This document shows, one piece after another, positions 49,807-58,964 of a DNA stretch of 64,000 bases. A program made the translations under genes and the position numbers. Source of the DNA: an uncultured Actinomycetota bacterium (GTDB lineage: Bacteria > Actinomycetota > Actinomycetes > Streptosporangiales > Streptosporangiaceae); assembly GCA_963711535.1 (NCBI GenBank), contig CAVQEN010000020.1, positions 220,211 to 284,210 on the forward strand. The letters are read 5' to 3'. Position 1 is the stretch's first letter, and each line of letters begins with the position of its first letter. The notes below the pieces were generated by a model, which worked only from the letters and a program-made list of their open reading frames with translations, had not been told where the DNA came from and made no database searches.

Positions 49807-51324
49807 GTGCCGACTGCCCGCCTTCCCGAAGAGCCCAGTTTCGAGCAGCTGCGCAAGCAGGCGAAGGATCTCCAGCGAGCCGTCCGGGCGATGGACCCGG
49901 TCGCGCTGGCCGAGGTCGGCGAGCTGCACCCGGAGGATTCCCCAGCGGCGGCCAGTTTCCCGCTGCAGGCCGCGCAGCTCGTGGTGGCTCGCCGGTACGG
50001 CTTTGCTAGCTGGTGGCGGCTGAAACGGCACGTCGAGATCGTCACCCGGTTTGCCCGTTTCCCGGTTCGGATGAACTCTGGTCCCGCGGTCGACGCGGCC
50101 GACGAGTTCCTGCGGCTTGCCTGCCTGAGTTACGAAGACGACCAGCCCGAACGACGGGAACGAGGCCTCGCCCTCCTGCGCAGTCAGCCAGGCCTGACAC
50201 TAGACAGCGCCTGCGCGGCAGCGGCTGCGGCTGACGTCGGCGCGATGCAGCGGATCCTGCGCGCCGACCCTGGCGCGGCGAGTCGGGAGGGCGGGCCGTA
50301 CCGCCTGGAGCCGATGGTCTACCTCGCCTATGCGCGGCACGATCCCGGCCTGGCGCGCGACCAGGTGATGACGGCGGCGCGCCTGCTGCTTCGGTCGGGT
50401 GCTGATCCCAATGCCGGCTATCTCTGGCACGGGCTGCACTATCCGTTCACCGTGCTGACCGGGGTGCTCGGAGAAGGCGAGCAGGGTCCGGTCCGCCAGC
50501 CGCGGCATCCGCACTGGCGGGAGCTCGCCCGGCTGCTGCTGGTCGCCGGGGCAGACCCGAACGACGGGCAGGGCCTGTACAACCGGATGTTCCAGGCGGG
50601 CGCGGAACACCTGGAACTGCTCCTCAGCTTCGGCCTCGGTACCGGCGACGGCGGTCCGTGGCGGGACCGGATGGGGGAGCGTATCGACAGCCCTGCCGAG
50701 ATGGTCAGGCGCCAGTTGCGCTGGGCGATCGAGCAGGGCATGACGGACCGGGTGCGCCTGCTCGCAGAGTACGGCGTCGACGTTGCCGGCCCGTTCGGCG
50801 ACGGCGTGACTCCGGCGACGCTTGCAGTGACGGCCGGTTATCCGGATCTTGTCGAAGAACTGACCGCGCTCGGAGCGCCGGCACCCGAGCTCAGCCCGGC
50901 CGAGGAGTTCGCGGCCGCGGCGCTGGCAGCCGACCGCCCGCGCGTTGCGGATCTGCTGGCGCGCCATCCGCACGCGGCTGCTGATGCCCGGCGCGAGCGG
51001 CCGGGCCTGATCGTGTGGGCCGTTGCGCACGGGCGGCCCGGCGCAGTCGAGTTGCTGGCTCAATCCGGCTTCGATGTGAATGCGCGCGGACGCACCGACA
51101 CACCCGCCCGGGGGAAATGGCTGACGCCCCTGCACGCGGCTGCCCAGGCTGGCGACTTGGACCTGGCGCGGCGGCTGCTAGCGCTCGGTTCAGATCCGCT
51201 GGCCCGCGACAAGCATCAGGACGCCACGCCGCTCGACTGGGCGCGCTACTTCGATCGCCCCGAACTGGTGGAGCTGCTCGAGCCCCTGACTGCAGCGCCA
51301 GACGGGCCAGCCGCGGGACGGTGA
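49807..51324 (+). CDS. Ankyrin-repeat protein
   Basis: Several ANK-like units (LLLRSGADPNAG, LLLVAGADPNDG, LLAEYGVDVAG, TPLHAAAQAGDLDLARRLLALGSDPLARD). GTG start after AAAGGAG. Confidence 0.8.
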   Translation: MPTARLPEEPSFEQLRKQAKDLQRAVRAMDPVALAEVGELHPEDSPAAASFPLQAAQLVVARRYGFASWWRLKRHVEIVTRFARFPVRMNSGPAVDAADEFLRLACLSYEDDQPERRERGLALLRSQPGLTLDSACAAAAAADVGAMQRILRADPGAASREGGPYRLEPMVYLAYARHDPGLARDQVMTAARLLLRSGADPNAGYLWHGLHYPFTVLTGVLGEGEQGPVRQPRHPHWRELARLLLVAGADPNDGQGLYNRMFQAGAEHLELLLSFGLGTGDGGPWRDRMGERIDSPAEMVRRQLRWAIEQGMTDRVRLLAEYGVDVAGPFGDGVTPATLAVTAGYPDLVEELTALGAPAPELSPAEEFAAAALAADRPRVADLLARHPHAAADARRERPGLIVWAVAHGRPGAVELLAQSGFDVNARGRTDTPARGKWLTPLHAAAQAGDLDLARRLLALGSDPLARDKHQDATPLDWARYFDRPELVELLEPLTAAPDGPAAGR

Positions 51325-51541
51325 TGCCAGAGAATTCCGGCGGGATGCGGACGCTCGTCAGCCTGCCGGCGGCTGGCTCGGTTGCCGCGGAGTTGAGTTG
51401 CGGGCTGGCTGATCCACAGGTCATTCCGGTCTGCCTCGGCTTTTCCACAGGCCCGAATAGGGACGGAAAGGTGTCGCTGCCGGCCGGTATTATCGAACAT
51501 GTGAGCGGATAACTGACCGAGACCGTGGAAGGGAGGCCGCG

Positions 51542-53489
51542 ATGCCGGATCCGGGCTGGGACATTCCGGGGGTCGACCGTGACGCCTCCCCCGGCGGGCT
51601 GCTCACCGGCACTTCTGCCGCCGCGGCCACAACCGCCGCGGGCGCTGATGGTTCTGGCTCGGGTGCCCGGCCGGCGCGGACGGGCCGCACGACCCGGCGG
51701 GACGGCAGCGTGTCGGCCGCGTCCGGGTTGTCGGCGGGCGCGTTCGCCCCGGCCGGCGACAGCGACTCGGCTTCCGCTTCCCCGGCCGCCGGCAGCCCGG
51801 CTGGTTCTCCGGCCGCCGGCAGCTCCGCGGCCGCGGCGAGTTCCGCGGACTGCTCGGACGGTTGTGCGGCTGATGAGCCCGCGCGGGCCGGTGCTGGTTG
51901 CGGCCCGGCCGACGGCAGCTCCGCGGCCGCGCCGAGTTCCGCGTCGGACTGCTCGGATGGTTGTGCGGCTGATGAGTCCGCCCATGAGTCCGCCCACTCG
52001 GACGGTTCTGCGGCTGGCGCGTCCGCCCGGCCTGGTTCTGGTTCCGGCTCGGCTGACCGCCCGTACGTGACGGCCGGCTCGTACGGGGCTGGCGGTGTGC
52101 GGCCGTCGGATGCGGCGCAGGCGCTGGCGTTTGTGTCGGCGGGGCTGGAGTTTCTGGCTCATGACGACGCGGCATTGTGGCCGGAGGGCCTGCAGGCGGA
52201 TTGCCTGCGGGTGCTGGCGGCGGCGCAGTCGCGTCAGGTGGCGGCGCATGCGCGGGTGCTGGCGGCGTTCAGCGTTCCGGGGGGCGGTCTGTCGGGGGAC
52301 GGGCACCGGTCACCGCGGGTGTGGCTGTCCTGGCAGTGCCAGGCCACTGCGCGGGCGGCGGCGGCTCAGGTGGGGTGGATGCGGCGGCTGGGCCGGGCAC
52401 CCCCGGCTGGCGGCGGCGCTGGCTGAGGCGATGGTGTCGGAGTCGTGGGCCCGGCAGCTGATCGCGTGGAGCGACCGGCTGCCTGAGGAGCACCGCGATG
52501 ACGCCGATGGTGACTTGCTGGCGGCGGCGGGGCTGGGCGCGGACCTGGCCGGGCTGGCGGGGCTGGCCGAGGAGCTGCGGCGTGAGCACGCCGCCCCCGA
52601 CGACGGTGATGACGGGTTCGCGGACCGGCGGCTGCGGCTGGGCCGCACGTTTGAGGGCGCGGGCCGGATGGAAGGCGACCTGACGCCGCGGTGCGCCCAG
52701 GCGGCGCAGGCGGTGCTGGCTGCCCTGTCGCAGCGGCGCGGCCCCGAGGATGACCGGACCCTGGACCAGCGGCAGCACGACGCGCTGGAAGAGGCATTCA
52801 TCCGGCTGATCGCGGCCGACGGGATGCTGCCCCGGCGCGGCGGCGAGCCCGTCCGCCTCGGCCTGGACATCACCCTGGCCGAACTGACCGGCGGCGACGC
52901 CGACGGTGACACCTGCGACGCGGTCGTGCAGCCGGTCATCACCGGGATGACCGACTACGGGCTGCTGGCGAAACTGGCCGACCCCGGCAGCGACGAGGCC
53001 CAAGCGCTGCAGGCAGCGGCCGCCGCCGCGGCCGCGTCGGCGGCAGCGGCGCCGTTCGGCGACGCGCTGGAGGCCGCGGTCCGGCTGCTGTCAGGGCCGC
53101 GGGGCTATGCCAGGATGCTGCGCCGCCGCGCCGCCGGGGCTGCCGGGATGCGGGTGACCGGGATCAGCCTGCCGCTGGAGATCCCCTCCAGCTTCCGCAC
53201 CGTGCCGCTGCACCTGCGCCGGGTCGTGACCCGCCGGGACCGGCACTGCCGGTTCCCGGGCTGTGACCTGCCGGCCGCGGGCTGCGACGTGCATCACCTG
53301 CTGCCCCGGTCCCGGGGCGGACCCCACGCCCTCACCAATATGCTGCTTTTGTGCCGATATCATCATCAGGTGGTGATCCACCGGTGCGGCTGGACACTCA
53401 CCCTCCACGCCGACGGCACGACCACCGCGGTCAGCCCCGACGGCACCAAAACCCTGCACAGCCACCCGCCCCCCACCCTGGCCGCCTGA
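51542..53489 (+). pseudogene. DUF222 (13E12-repeat-like) + HNH endonuclease, apparently frameshifted
   Basis: The N-terminal part (track ORF 51542..52426) ends ...RVWLSWQCQATARAAAAQVGWMRRLGRAP. The continuation is in the frame of ORF 52095..53489: HPRLAAALAEAMVSESWARQL ... HNH motif RHCRFPGCDLPAAGCDVHHLLPRSRGGPHALTNMLLLCRYHH. Removing one C from CCCCC at 52400-52404 joins them. Confidence 0.75.
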
Positions 53490-53508
53490 CCCGCCCGCAG
53501 CACAGCAC

Positions 53509-53544
53509 GCCAGCTGACCGTGCCCGCACGCACGGTCAGCTGGC
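53509..53544. terminator. Perfect 14-bp hairpin between convergent HNH and MarR genes
   Basis: GCCAGCTGACCGTG-CCCGCACG-CACGGTCAGCTGGC. Confidence 0.5.
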
Positions 53545-53640
53545 ATGTCCGCGTACCAGCGGCTGCTGGCAGTCGATCTCAGCGCAGGCCGGGCCTCCAC
53601 TGAAGCCTCGGCCTGCGGTTAGCGGATCGCGCGGCAGGGC

Positions 53641-54153
53641 TCAGGCGTCGGTCTCGTCATCCGTCGGAGGGCCCGGGCAGACCTCAGCTGGCGAGCCTTG
53701 CTGGCCCTCGGCGATAGCCGCGCTGATGGCCCCGAGCTGGGCAACCTGCTCAGGGGTGAGGTGGTCGAACAAGGACTTGCGGACCTGCGCGACGTGGGCG
53801 GGTGCTGCGGCCTCTAGGGCGGCGAACCCGGCCTCGGTCAGCCGTGCGATCTGCCCACGGCGATCGGTGGCGCAGTCCAGTCGCTCGACCCAGCCGCGCT
53901 CTTCGAGCCTGGCCACCGCATGGGAGAGGCGGCTCTTACTCGACGTGGACGCCTCGGCCAGCTGGCTCATGCGCAGGGCGCCTTCATCCGCCTCGGAGAG
54001 CCGTACGAGAATCTCGTAGTAGCCATGTGTCAGAGCAGAATCCCGCTGCAGCTGACCGTCGACAGCAGAGAACAGCATCTGGGTGGCGGTCAGGAAGGCG
54101 CGCCACGCCTGCTGCTCCTCGGCTGTCAGCCAGCCAGTCTCGGGCTCTGCCAT
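53641..54153 (-). CDS. MarR-family transcriptional regulator
   Basis: YYEILVRLSEADEGALRMSQLAEASTSSKSRLSHAVARLEERGWVERLDCATDRRGQIARLTEAG. Start at ATG 54153, alternative 54165. Confidence 0.85.
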   Translation of the reverse strand: MAEPETGWLTAEEQQAWRAFLTATQMLFSAVDGQLQRDSALTHGYYEILVRLSEADEGALRMSQLAEASTSSKSRLSHAVARLEERGWVERLDCATDRRGQIARLTEAGFAALEAAAPAHVAQVRKSLFDHLTPEQVAQLGAISAAIAEGQQGSPAEVCPGPPTDDETDA

Positions 54154-54214
54154 GTAAGACAGCATACAACAGGTAGTTGAATGTTTGACAACATGGCTCA
54201 GGGTGTGGTAGTCA

Positions 54215-54226
54215 TTGAGTACTCAA
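54215..54226. promoter_or_regulatory. Perfect 12-bp palindrome in the MarR / YceI divergent intergenic region (candidate MarR operator)
   Basis: TTGAGTACTCAA at 54215-54226, with a nearby GTTGAATGTTTGACAAC. Confidence 0.35.
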
Positions 54227-54257
54227 CATCATCACACGTAACTACTCGCCTTCGGGA

Positions 54258-54827
54258 GTGATTCACTTGACGTCGCCTAGCACCGAAACGGCTATTCCGG
54301 GCTACGAGGCCGCTACCTGGACTATCGACCCGGTCCACTCCGAGGTCGGCTTCTCGGCCCGGCACATGATGGTGAGCAAGGTTCGCGGCCGCTTCACTGC
54401 GTTCAGCGGGCAGATCGTCACTGGGGAGGACCCGCTCAAGTCGTCGGCGACTGCCGAGATCGACCTCACCTCGATCAACACCGGCCAGGAGCAGCGCGAC
54501 GAGCACATCAAGTCGGCTGACTTCTTCGAGGTCGAGACGTACCCCACCATGACCTTCAAGTCGACCGGCGTCCGCGTCGAGGACGGCGAGTACATCCTCG
54601 ACGGTGACCTGACTCTGAAGGGCGTCACCAAGAACGTGCCGCTGCGTCTCGAGCTCAACGGCTTCGGCCCGGATCCGTATGGCGGTACTCGCGCTGGGTT
54701 CACCGCCACCGGGGAGATCAACCGGCGCGACTTCAACGTGAACTTCAATGCGCCGCTGGCGAGCGGCGGCGTCGTGGTCTCGGACAAGATCCAGCTTCAG
54801 CTCGAGATCGAGGCCGTCAAGGCCTGA
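54258..54827 (+). CDS. YceI-family (polyisoprenoid-binding) protein
   Basis: WTIDPVHSEVGFSARHMMVSKVRGRF ... TMTFKST ... GDLTLKGVTKNV ... GEINRRDF. The true start may be TTG 54267 (8 nt after GGGAG) rather than GTG 54258. Confidence 0.9.
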   Translation: MIHLTSPSTETAIPGYEAATWTIDPVHSEVGFSARHMMVSKVRGRFTAFSGQIVTGEDPLKSSATAEIDLTSINTGQEQRDEHIKSADFFEVETYPTMTFKSTGVRVEDGEYILDGDLTLKGVTKNVPLRLELNGFGPDPYGGTRAGFTATGEINRRDFNVNFNAPLASGGVVVSDKIQLQLEIEAVKA

Positions 54828-54953
54828 TGTCGCAGGCGGTCAGCGGGCCGGCAGCCCGGTAGCGCATGACGCTCCGGGCAGCTGGCCCGCTCCGTCCGGC
54901 AGCCCCTGTCAGGTAGCTGAGCGGTGCCGCTCCGTCGGCCAAGAACAGTGCAG

Positions 54954-55940
54954 TCAGCTGCGGGTAGCCCACAGTTCGAGCAATTCGGCCTCCCGCTGGG
55001 GCGCTAGGCCGACGCCCTCTCGGCGTGACTTGTCCTCCTCGGCGTGGATGTCGGCGATGGTGTCGCGCAGCGGGCGCGGCGACAGACCCGCGGCGTTGGC
55101 GGCGGCCGGACTGGCGGTGCTGAGGTTGGCGCCCTCCTCCTCGCCCTCAGGCCACAACGGCAGCGCCGCACCGTCGACGCCCTGCTCAAGCAGGAAGTCG
55201 CTGGGCACCCAGGAGAATTGCGTACCCGGCGGCGCGACAACCGCGGCGATCTCCTCGAGCATCTGGCCAAAACCGAACGGCGGCGCCGGGCTCACCGTGT
55301 GGAAGGTTCCGGTGATCGATCGCTCCAGCAGGCCAACCAGAAACGTGGACTGGTCGCGCGTGTCGATGACCTGAATCGGATCTTCGGGGCTACCCGGCGC
55401 CAGGACGGTGCCGCCGCGTGCGATCCGCTCGACCCACCAGGTGAACCGGTAAGACCTGTCGTGCGGGCCGATGACGTAAGTCGGCCGGATGATCGTGGTG
55501 CCAGGCCCGAACAGCTCGGTGCTGGCCTGCTCGCACGCAGCCTCGAGACCGCCGTAGTTCTCGTTGGTGATCTCCGTGGCCTCGAGATCGTCCGCTGTTG
55601 CCAGCGGCGCGCTCTCGTCGTAGTAGCGCGGCACCTTCGGGCTGTAGGCGGAGACGCTGGAGATGTACACGTACCGGCCGCCGCGGTCGCCGAGTGCCTC
55701 GTGCAGTGAGCGGACCTGCCGCGGAAAGTAGGCGCACACATCGATCGTGGCGTCCCAGCTGCCGGTGCCGAGGGCGGACAGGTCGCTGTCTCGGTCGCCA
55801 GTCAGGTGAAAAGCCTGCGGGAACAGGTCCGCCCCGGTCTTGCCCCTGTGGAACAGCGTGAGGTCGTGCCCGCCGTCCAGCCCTGCCTGGGCGATATGCC
55901 GGCCGACGAACGCGGTTCCGCCGATGACGAGGATGCGCAT
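54954..55940 (-). CDS. NAD-dependent epimerase/dehydratase-family (atypical SDR) protein
   Basis: MRILVIGGTAFVGRHIAQ Rossmann N-terminus, YVYISSVSAY. Confidence 0.85.
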   Translation of the reverse strand: MRILVIGGTAFVGRHIAQAGLDGGHDLTLFHRGKTGADLFPQAFHLTGDRDSDLSALGTGSWDATIDVCAYFPRQVRSLHEALGDRGGRYVYISSVSAYSPKVPRYYDESAPLATADDLEATEITNENYGGLEAACEQASTELFGPGTTIIRPTYVIGPHDRSYRFTWWVERIARGGTVLAPGSPEDPIQVIDTRDQSTFLVGLLERSITGTFHTVSPAPPFGFGQMLEEIAAVVAPPGTQFSWVPSDFLLEQGVDGAALPLWPEGEEEGANLSTASPAAANAAGLSPRPLRDTIADIHAEEDKSRREGVGLAPQREAELLELWATRS

Positions 55941-56461
55941 TAACCAACCTTCTCGAGATCGGAAAGCTGAGCGGAAATGGTACCTGCGGCCGGGAAAGTC
56001 AGCCCGACCAGCGTGACGTGCTTCCAGCGCAGCACCCCGGCTGCATCGATGACGAACACGGAGCGGCGAAGGCCGGCCCTGGCCAGCGTGATGCCGTACT
56101 GCCGGGCTACGGTGAGCCCTTCGTCGGCGAGCAGCGGAAACCCGAGCTGGTACTTCCGGGCGAACTGCTCGTGGCTGTCGAGGCCCTGCGGGCTGATGGC
56201 CCAGACCGTCGCGCCGAAGCCGGTGAAGCTCTCCAGCCCGGAGGTGTACGAGCAGAGCTGCCTGGTGCAGACGGCGGTGTTGTCGCCGGGGTAGAAGACG
56301 AGCACGATCGGCGTCCCGCGTTGCTGCGAGAGCGTGTACTCGCCGCGGGTGTACTCGTCTCCCGCCAGTTCGACCCCCGGCAGTGTGAAGTCAGGCGGAA
56401 TCTGGCCAATCTCGGGTGTCCTGGCCACTGGCGTCCTCCCGGCGCTCTGGTTGTGAAGCAA
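55940..56461 (-). CDS. Peroxiredoxin (Bcp/AhpC-TSA family)
   Basis: PDFTLPGV ... IVLVFYPGDNTAVCTRQLC ... VWAISPQGLDSHEQFARKYQLGFPLLAD. The stop abuts the start of the epimerase gene. Confidence 0.85.
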   Translation of the reverse strand: MLHNQSAGRTPVARTPEIGQIPPDFTLPGVELAGDEYTRGEYTLSQQRGTPIVLVFYPGDNTAVCTRQLCSYTSGLESFTGFGATVWAISPQGLDSHEQFARKYQLGFPLLADEGLTVARQYGITLARAGLRRSVFVIDAAGVLRWKHVTLVGLTFPAAGTISAQLSDLEKVG

Positions 56462-56676
56462 AGCAGGACTGGCTGCAGTCCCAGGGCAAGAGTATTCGGT
56501 CGATACGAGGTAGACGGCGCCCTGCGGGCATCAGAAACGGCAGGCCGGCGGCAGCTCGACGCACGGTCGACGGCACGGGCTACATTTACGGCATGTCGAC
56601 ATGGCCAGAGCCGGACCGGATCGAGAACCCGCTAACGCCGGGCTGGACGCACGCCGGCGCGACCGGCGACTGACCC

Positions 56677-57453
56677 GTGGACCCTGGCCAGCACGGCCCC
56701 GACACCGGATACCTTCTCTACCGTGAGCTAGCAGGCTGGTGGCCGCTGATCTCGCCGCCCGCGGAGTATGCGGAGGATGCCGAGCTGCTGACCCGCATCC
56801 TGGACGACGGGGACCGGCCGGCAAGGTCCGTGCTCGACCTCGGCAGTGGGGGCGGCCATGTTGCTGCGTATCTGACTGACGGCCGTTCCCTGACGCTCGT
56901 GGATATGTCCGCGGAGATGCTGGCGGTGTCCCGCCAGCTGAACCCCGACTGTAAGCACGTCCAGGCAGACATGCGCACCATCCGGCTCGGAAGGCTGTTC
57001 GACGCGGTGCTGGTGCACGACGCCGTGGACTACGTGACCACAGAGGCGGAGCTGCGGCAAGTGATCGCGACCGCGTTCGCGCACACCCGGCCGGGCGGGC
57101 TTGCGGTGTTCGCGCCCGACCACACGGCCGAGACCTTCCAGCCGGGCACCGGAGCCGGTGGCGGCAGCGACGCCGCAGGCAGGCAGGCGAGCTTCACCGA
57201 GCAGACGTCTGACCCGGTCGCCGGCGACGACTGGATCCTGGCCGAGTACGAGTTCACCCTGCGGGACGCCGACGGGACCGTCGGCGTGGTGGCCGAGGCA
57301 CACCGGCTCGGCTCGTTTCCCCAGCAAACCTGGCTGTCGCTGCTCGCGGCGGCAGGTTTCGACGCAGCAGCGCGGCCTGGCGTCAGCGCGGGAAACGACA
57401 TCGGGTCTCGGCGCGTCCTGTTCGTCGCGCGCCGGCCACGAGGTACGCCCTAA
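56677..57453 (+). CDS. Class I SAM-dependent methyltransferase
   Basis: LYRELAGWWPLISPP, motif I VLDLGSGGGHVA, LVHDAVDYV, RPGGLAVFAPD. GTG start. Confidence 0.8.
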   Translation: MDPGQHGPDTGYLLYRELAGWWPLISPPAEYAEDAELLTRILDDGDRPARSVLDLGSGGGHVAAYLTDGRSLTLVDMSAEMLAVSRQLNPDCKHVQADMRTIRLGRLFDAVLVHDAVDYVTTEAELRQVIATAFAHTRPGGLAVFAPDHTAETFQPGTGAGGGSDAAGRQASFTEQTSDPVAGDDWILAEYEFTLRDADGTVGVVAEAHRLGSFPQQTWLSLLAAAGFDAAARPGVSAGNDIGSRRVLFVARRPRGTP

Positions 57454-58964
57454 TCCGAGGCTGGCCCTGGTTCTTCCCCGGCGGGCGGCGTCAGCGGAAG
57501 CCACACGCGGAAGCGCGTATCTCCGGGCACGGATTCGACACGCAAGTCTCCGTGGTGCCGGGTGACGACGATCCGGTAGGAGATGTCGAGGCCCAGTCCA
57601 GTACCTGAGCCCACCGGCTTGGTCGTGAAGAACGGCTCGAAGATCCGGTCCTGGATCTCTGCCGGGACACCCGGTCCGGTGTCGCCGAACTCCACCAGGA
57701 GCCGCTCCCGGTCGAGCGCGGTCCTGATGGTGAGCGTGCCTGAGCCCGCCATGGCCGCGACGGCATTGTCGATGAGGTTCGTCCATACCTGGTTGAGCTC
57801 GCCGGGGAACGCGGGGATCTTCGGCAGGCTACGGTCGTACTCCCGCACCACCGAGACGCCCTCGCCGATCTTGCCACTCAGCATGGCAAGCGTGCTGTCC
57901 AGCAGCTCGTGAATATCGACTACCTGATACGGCGCGCGGTCCAGCTGGGAGTACTGCTTCGCGTCGCCGACGAGCGCGGAGATCCGGGCCACCGAGTCGG
58001 TGATCTCGTTCAGCAGCTGCTCGGTTTCCACCGTGTCCGCCAGCCAGCGCAGCGCGGGGGTGAGCATACCGCCGTCGCCGTCATCACCCGTCGTAGCTCC
58101 GGCCACGGCCTCGGCGATCGTGTCGAGCTTGTCGGTGCCGATGCCAGCCGCCACGAACGCCGGGGCGAGCTCCCAGCCCTTGCTGATGTCATGGTCGTCC
58201 AGCCAGTCGGTCAGCGTGTCCTCAAGGTCGGATGCCGCGAGCGGGCTCAGCTCCGGAGCGGTCGTGACCCGGCTGGCGGCAGCATCGAGCAACCCCACCA
58301 GGAGCTTTATCAGTGCACCATCATGCCGGCCGTCGGCAAGTGCCGGCAGCTTCTGCCGCAGCCGGACGACGTGCTCGCGCAACCCCGCCGTCGCCCGGAC
58401 GGCGGCGGCGGCCGGGTTATTGAGCTCGTGGGTCAGGCCGGCCGACAGTGCGCCGAGCGCCAGCAGCCGCTCGCGCTGGCCGACCGTCTCCATGGCGTTC
58501 TTCGTGCCGAAGAACAGCCCTTCGAGAAGGTGCACGGCCATCGGGAACCAGTCGGTCATCAGATGCGCGAACTTTGCCGCCTCCAGCACGAAGAAGCGCG
58601 ACCGTTCGGTCACGCGCATCGAGTTGTTGTAGACCTGCGGGAGCCGGTCGCCGAGGTAGGCGTAGAACGCTCCGGCGTAGACGCCAGGGCTGGACGCCCG
58701 GTTGGTCTCGACGTCGTCGGGCCCGATCCGGCGGGACAGCACCACGGTGCCCGACAGCAGCACGTACAGGTACCTGGCCGGCTCGCCCTCGGTGTAGACC
58801 GGGCCGGGTCCGGCGACGATAACGCTGCCCTCCCGGCAGAGCCAGGCCAGCTGCTCGTCCGAGAGCTTCTCGAACAGGAACAGCCCGCGCAGTTCGTCGG
58901 CACTGCAGCGGGCAGAGGACCCCGTCGCCGTCACGGTTTCTCCGGTCACGGTTTCTCCGCTCAC
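57450..58964 (-). CDS. Cytoplasmic sensor histidine kinase with N-terminal cyclic-nucleotide-binding-like domain
   Basis: cNMP-domain-like LFLFEKLSDEQLAWLCREGSVIVAGPGPVYTEGEPARYLYVLLSGTVVLSRR, H-box LSAGLTHELNNPAAA, N-box NLIDNAV, G-boxes FGDTGPGV and GSGTGLGLDISYRIV. No transmembrane helices seen. GTG start overlaps the upstream stop. Confidence 0.85.
   Translation of the reverse strand: MSGETVTGETVTATGSSARCSADELRGLFLFEKLSDEQLAWLCREGSVIVAGPGPVYTEGEPARYLYVLLSGTVVLSRRIGPDDVETNRASSPGVYAGAFYAYLGDRLPQVYNNSMRVTERSRFFVLEAAKFAHLMTDWFPMAVHLLEGLFFGTKNAMETVGQRERLLALGALSAGLTHELNNPAAAAVRATAGLREHVVRLRQKLPALADGRHDGALIKLLVGLLDAAASRVTTAPELSPLAASDLEDTLTDWLDDHDISKGWELAPAFVAAGIGTDKLDTIAEAVAGATTGDDGDGGMLTPALRWLADTVETEQLLNEITDSVARISALVGDAKQYSQLDRAPYQVVDIHELLDSTLAMLSGKIGEGVSVVREYDRSLPKIPAFPGELNQVWTNLIDNAVAAMAGSGTLTIRTALDRERLLVEFGDTGPGVPAEIQDRIFEPFFTTKPVGSGTGLGLDISYRIVVTRHHGDLRVESVPGDTRFRVWLPLTPPAGEEPGPASD

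Noticed and set aside
51500-51513. A 14-nt identity to the E. coli lac operator core (TGTGAGCGGATAAC) upstream of the DUF222/HNH gene, preceded by a TCGAAC LexA-box half-site.
   Set aside because: Only one operator half is present, with no dyad partner, and there is no LacI-family gene nearby. The LexA box lacks its second half (GAGCGG instead of GTTCGA). Treated as coincidence. A vector-contamination check (BLAST of 51480-51530) would settle it.
56587-56679. A short ORF (MSTWPEPDRIENPLTPGWTHAGATGD) in the same frame as the downstream methyltransferase, separated only by TGA 56671-56673. Considered as stop-codon readthrough, selenocysteine or a nonsense mutation.
   Set aside because: The methyltransferase family normally begins about 10-15 residues before the LYxxLAxWWPL motif, which GTG 56677 provides. 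No SECIS-like hairpin is evident and the upstream peptide has no recognisable similarity.
58931-58964. A 15-nt tandem duplication at the 5' end of the histidine kinase gene (GETVT-GETVT).
   Set aside because: It is a small in-frame duplication in a non-conserved N-terminal tail, with no functional inference possible from sequence alone.
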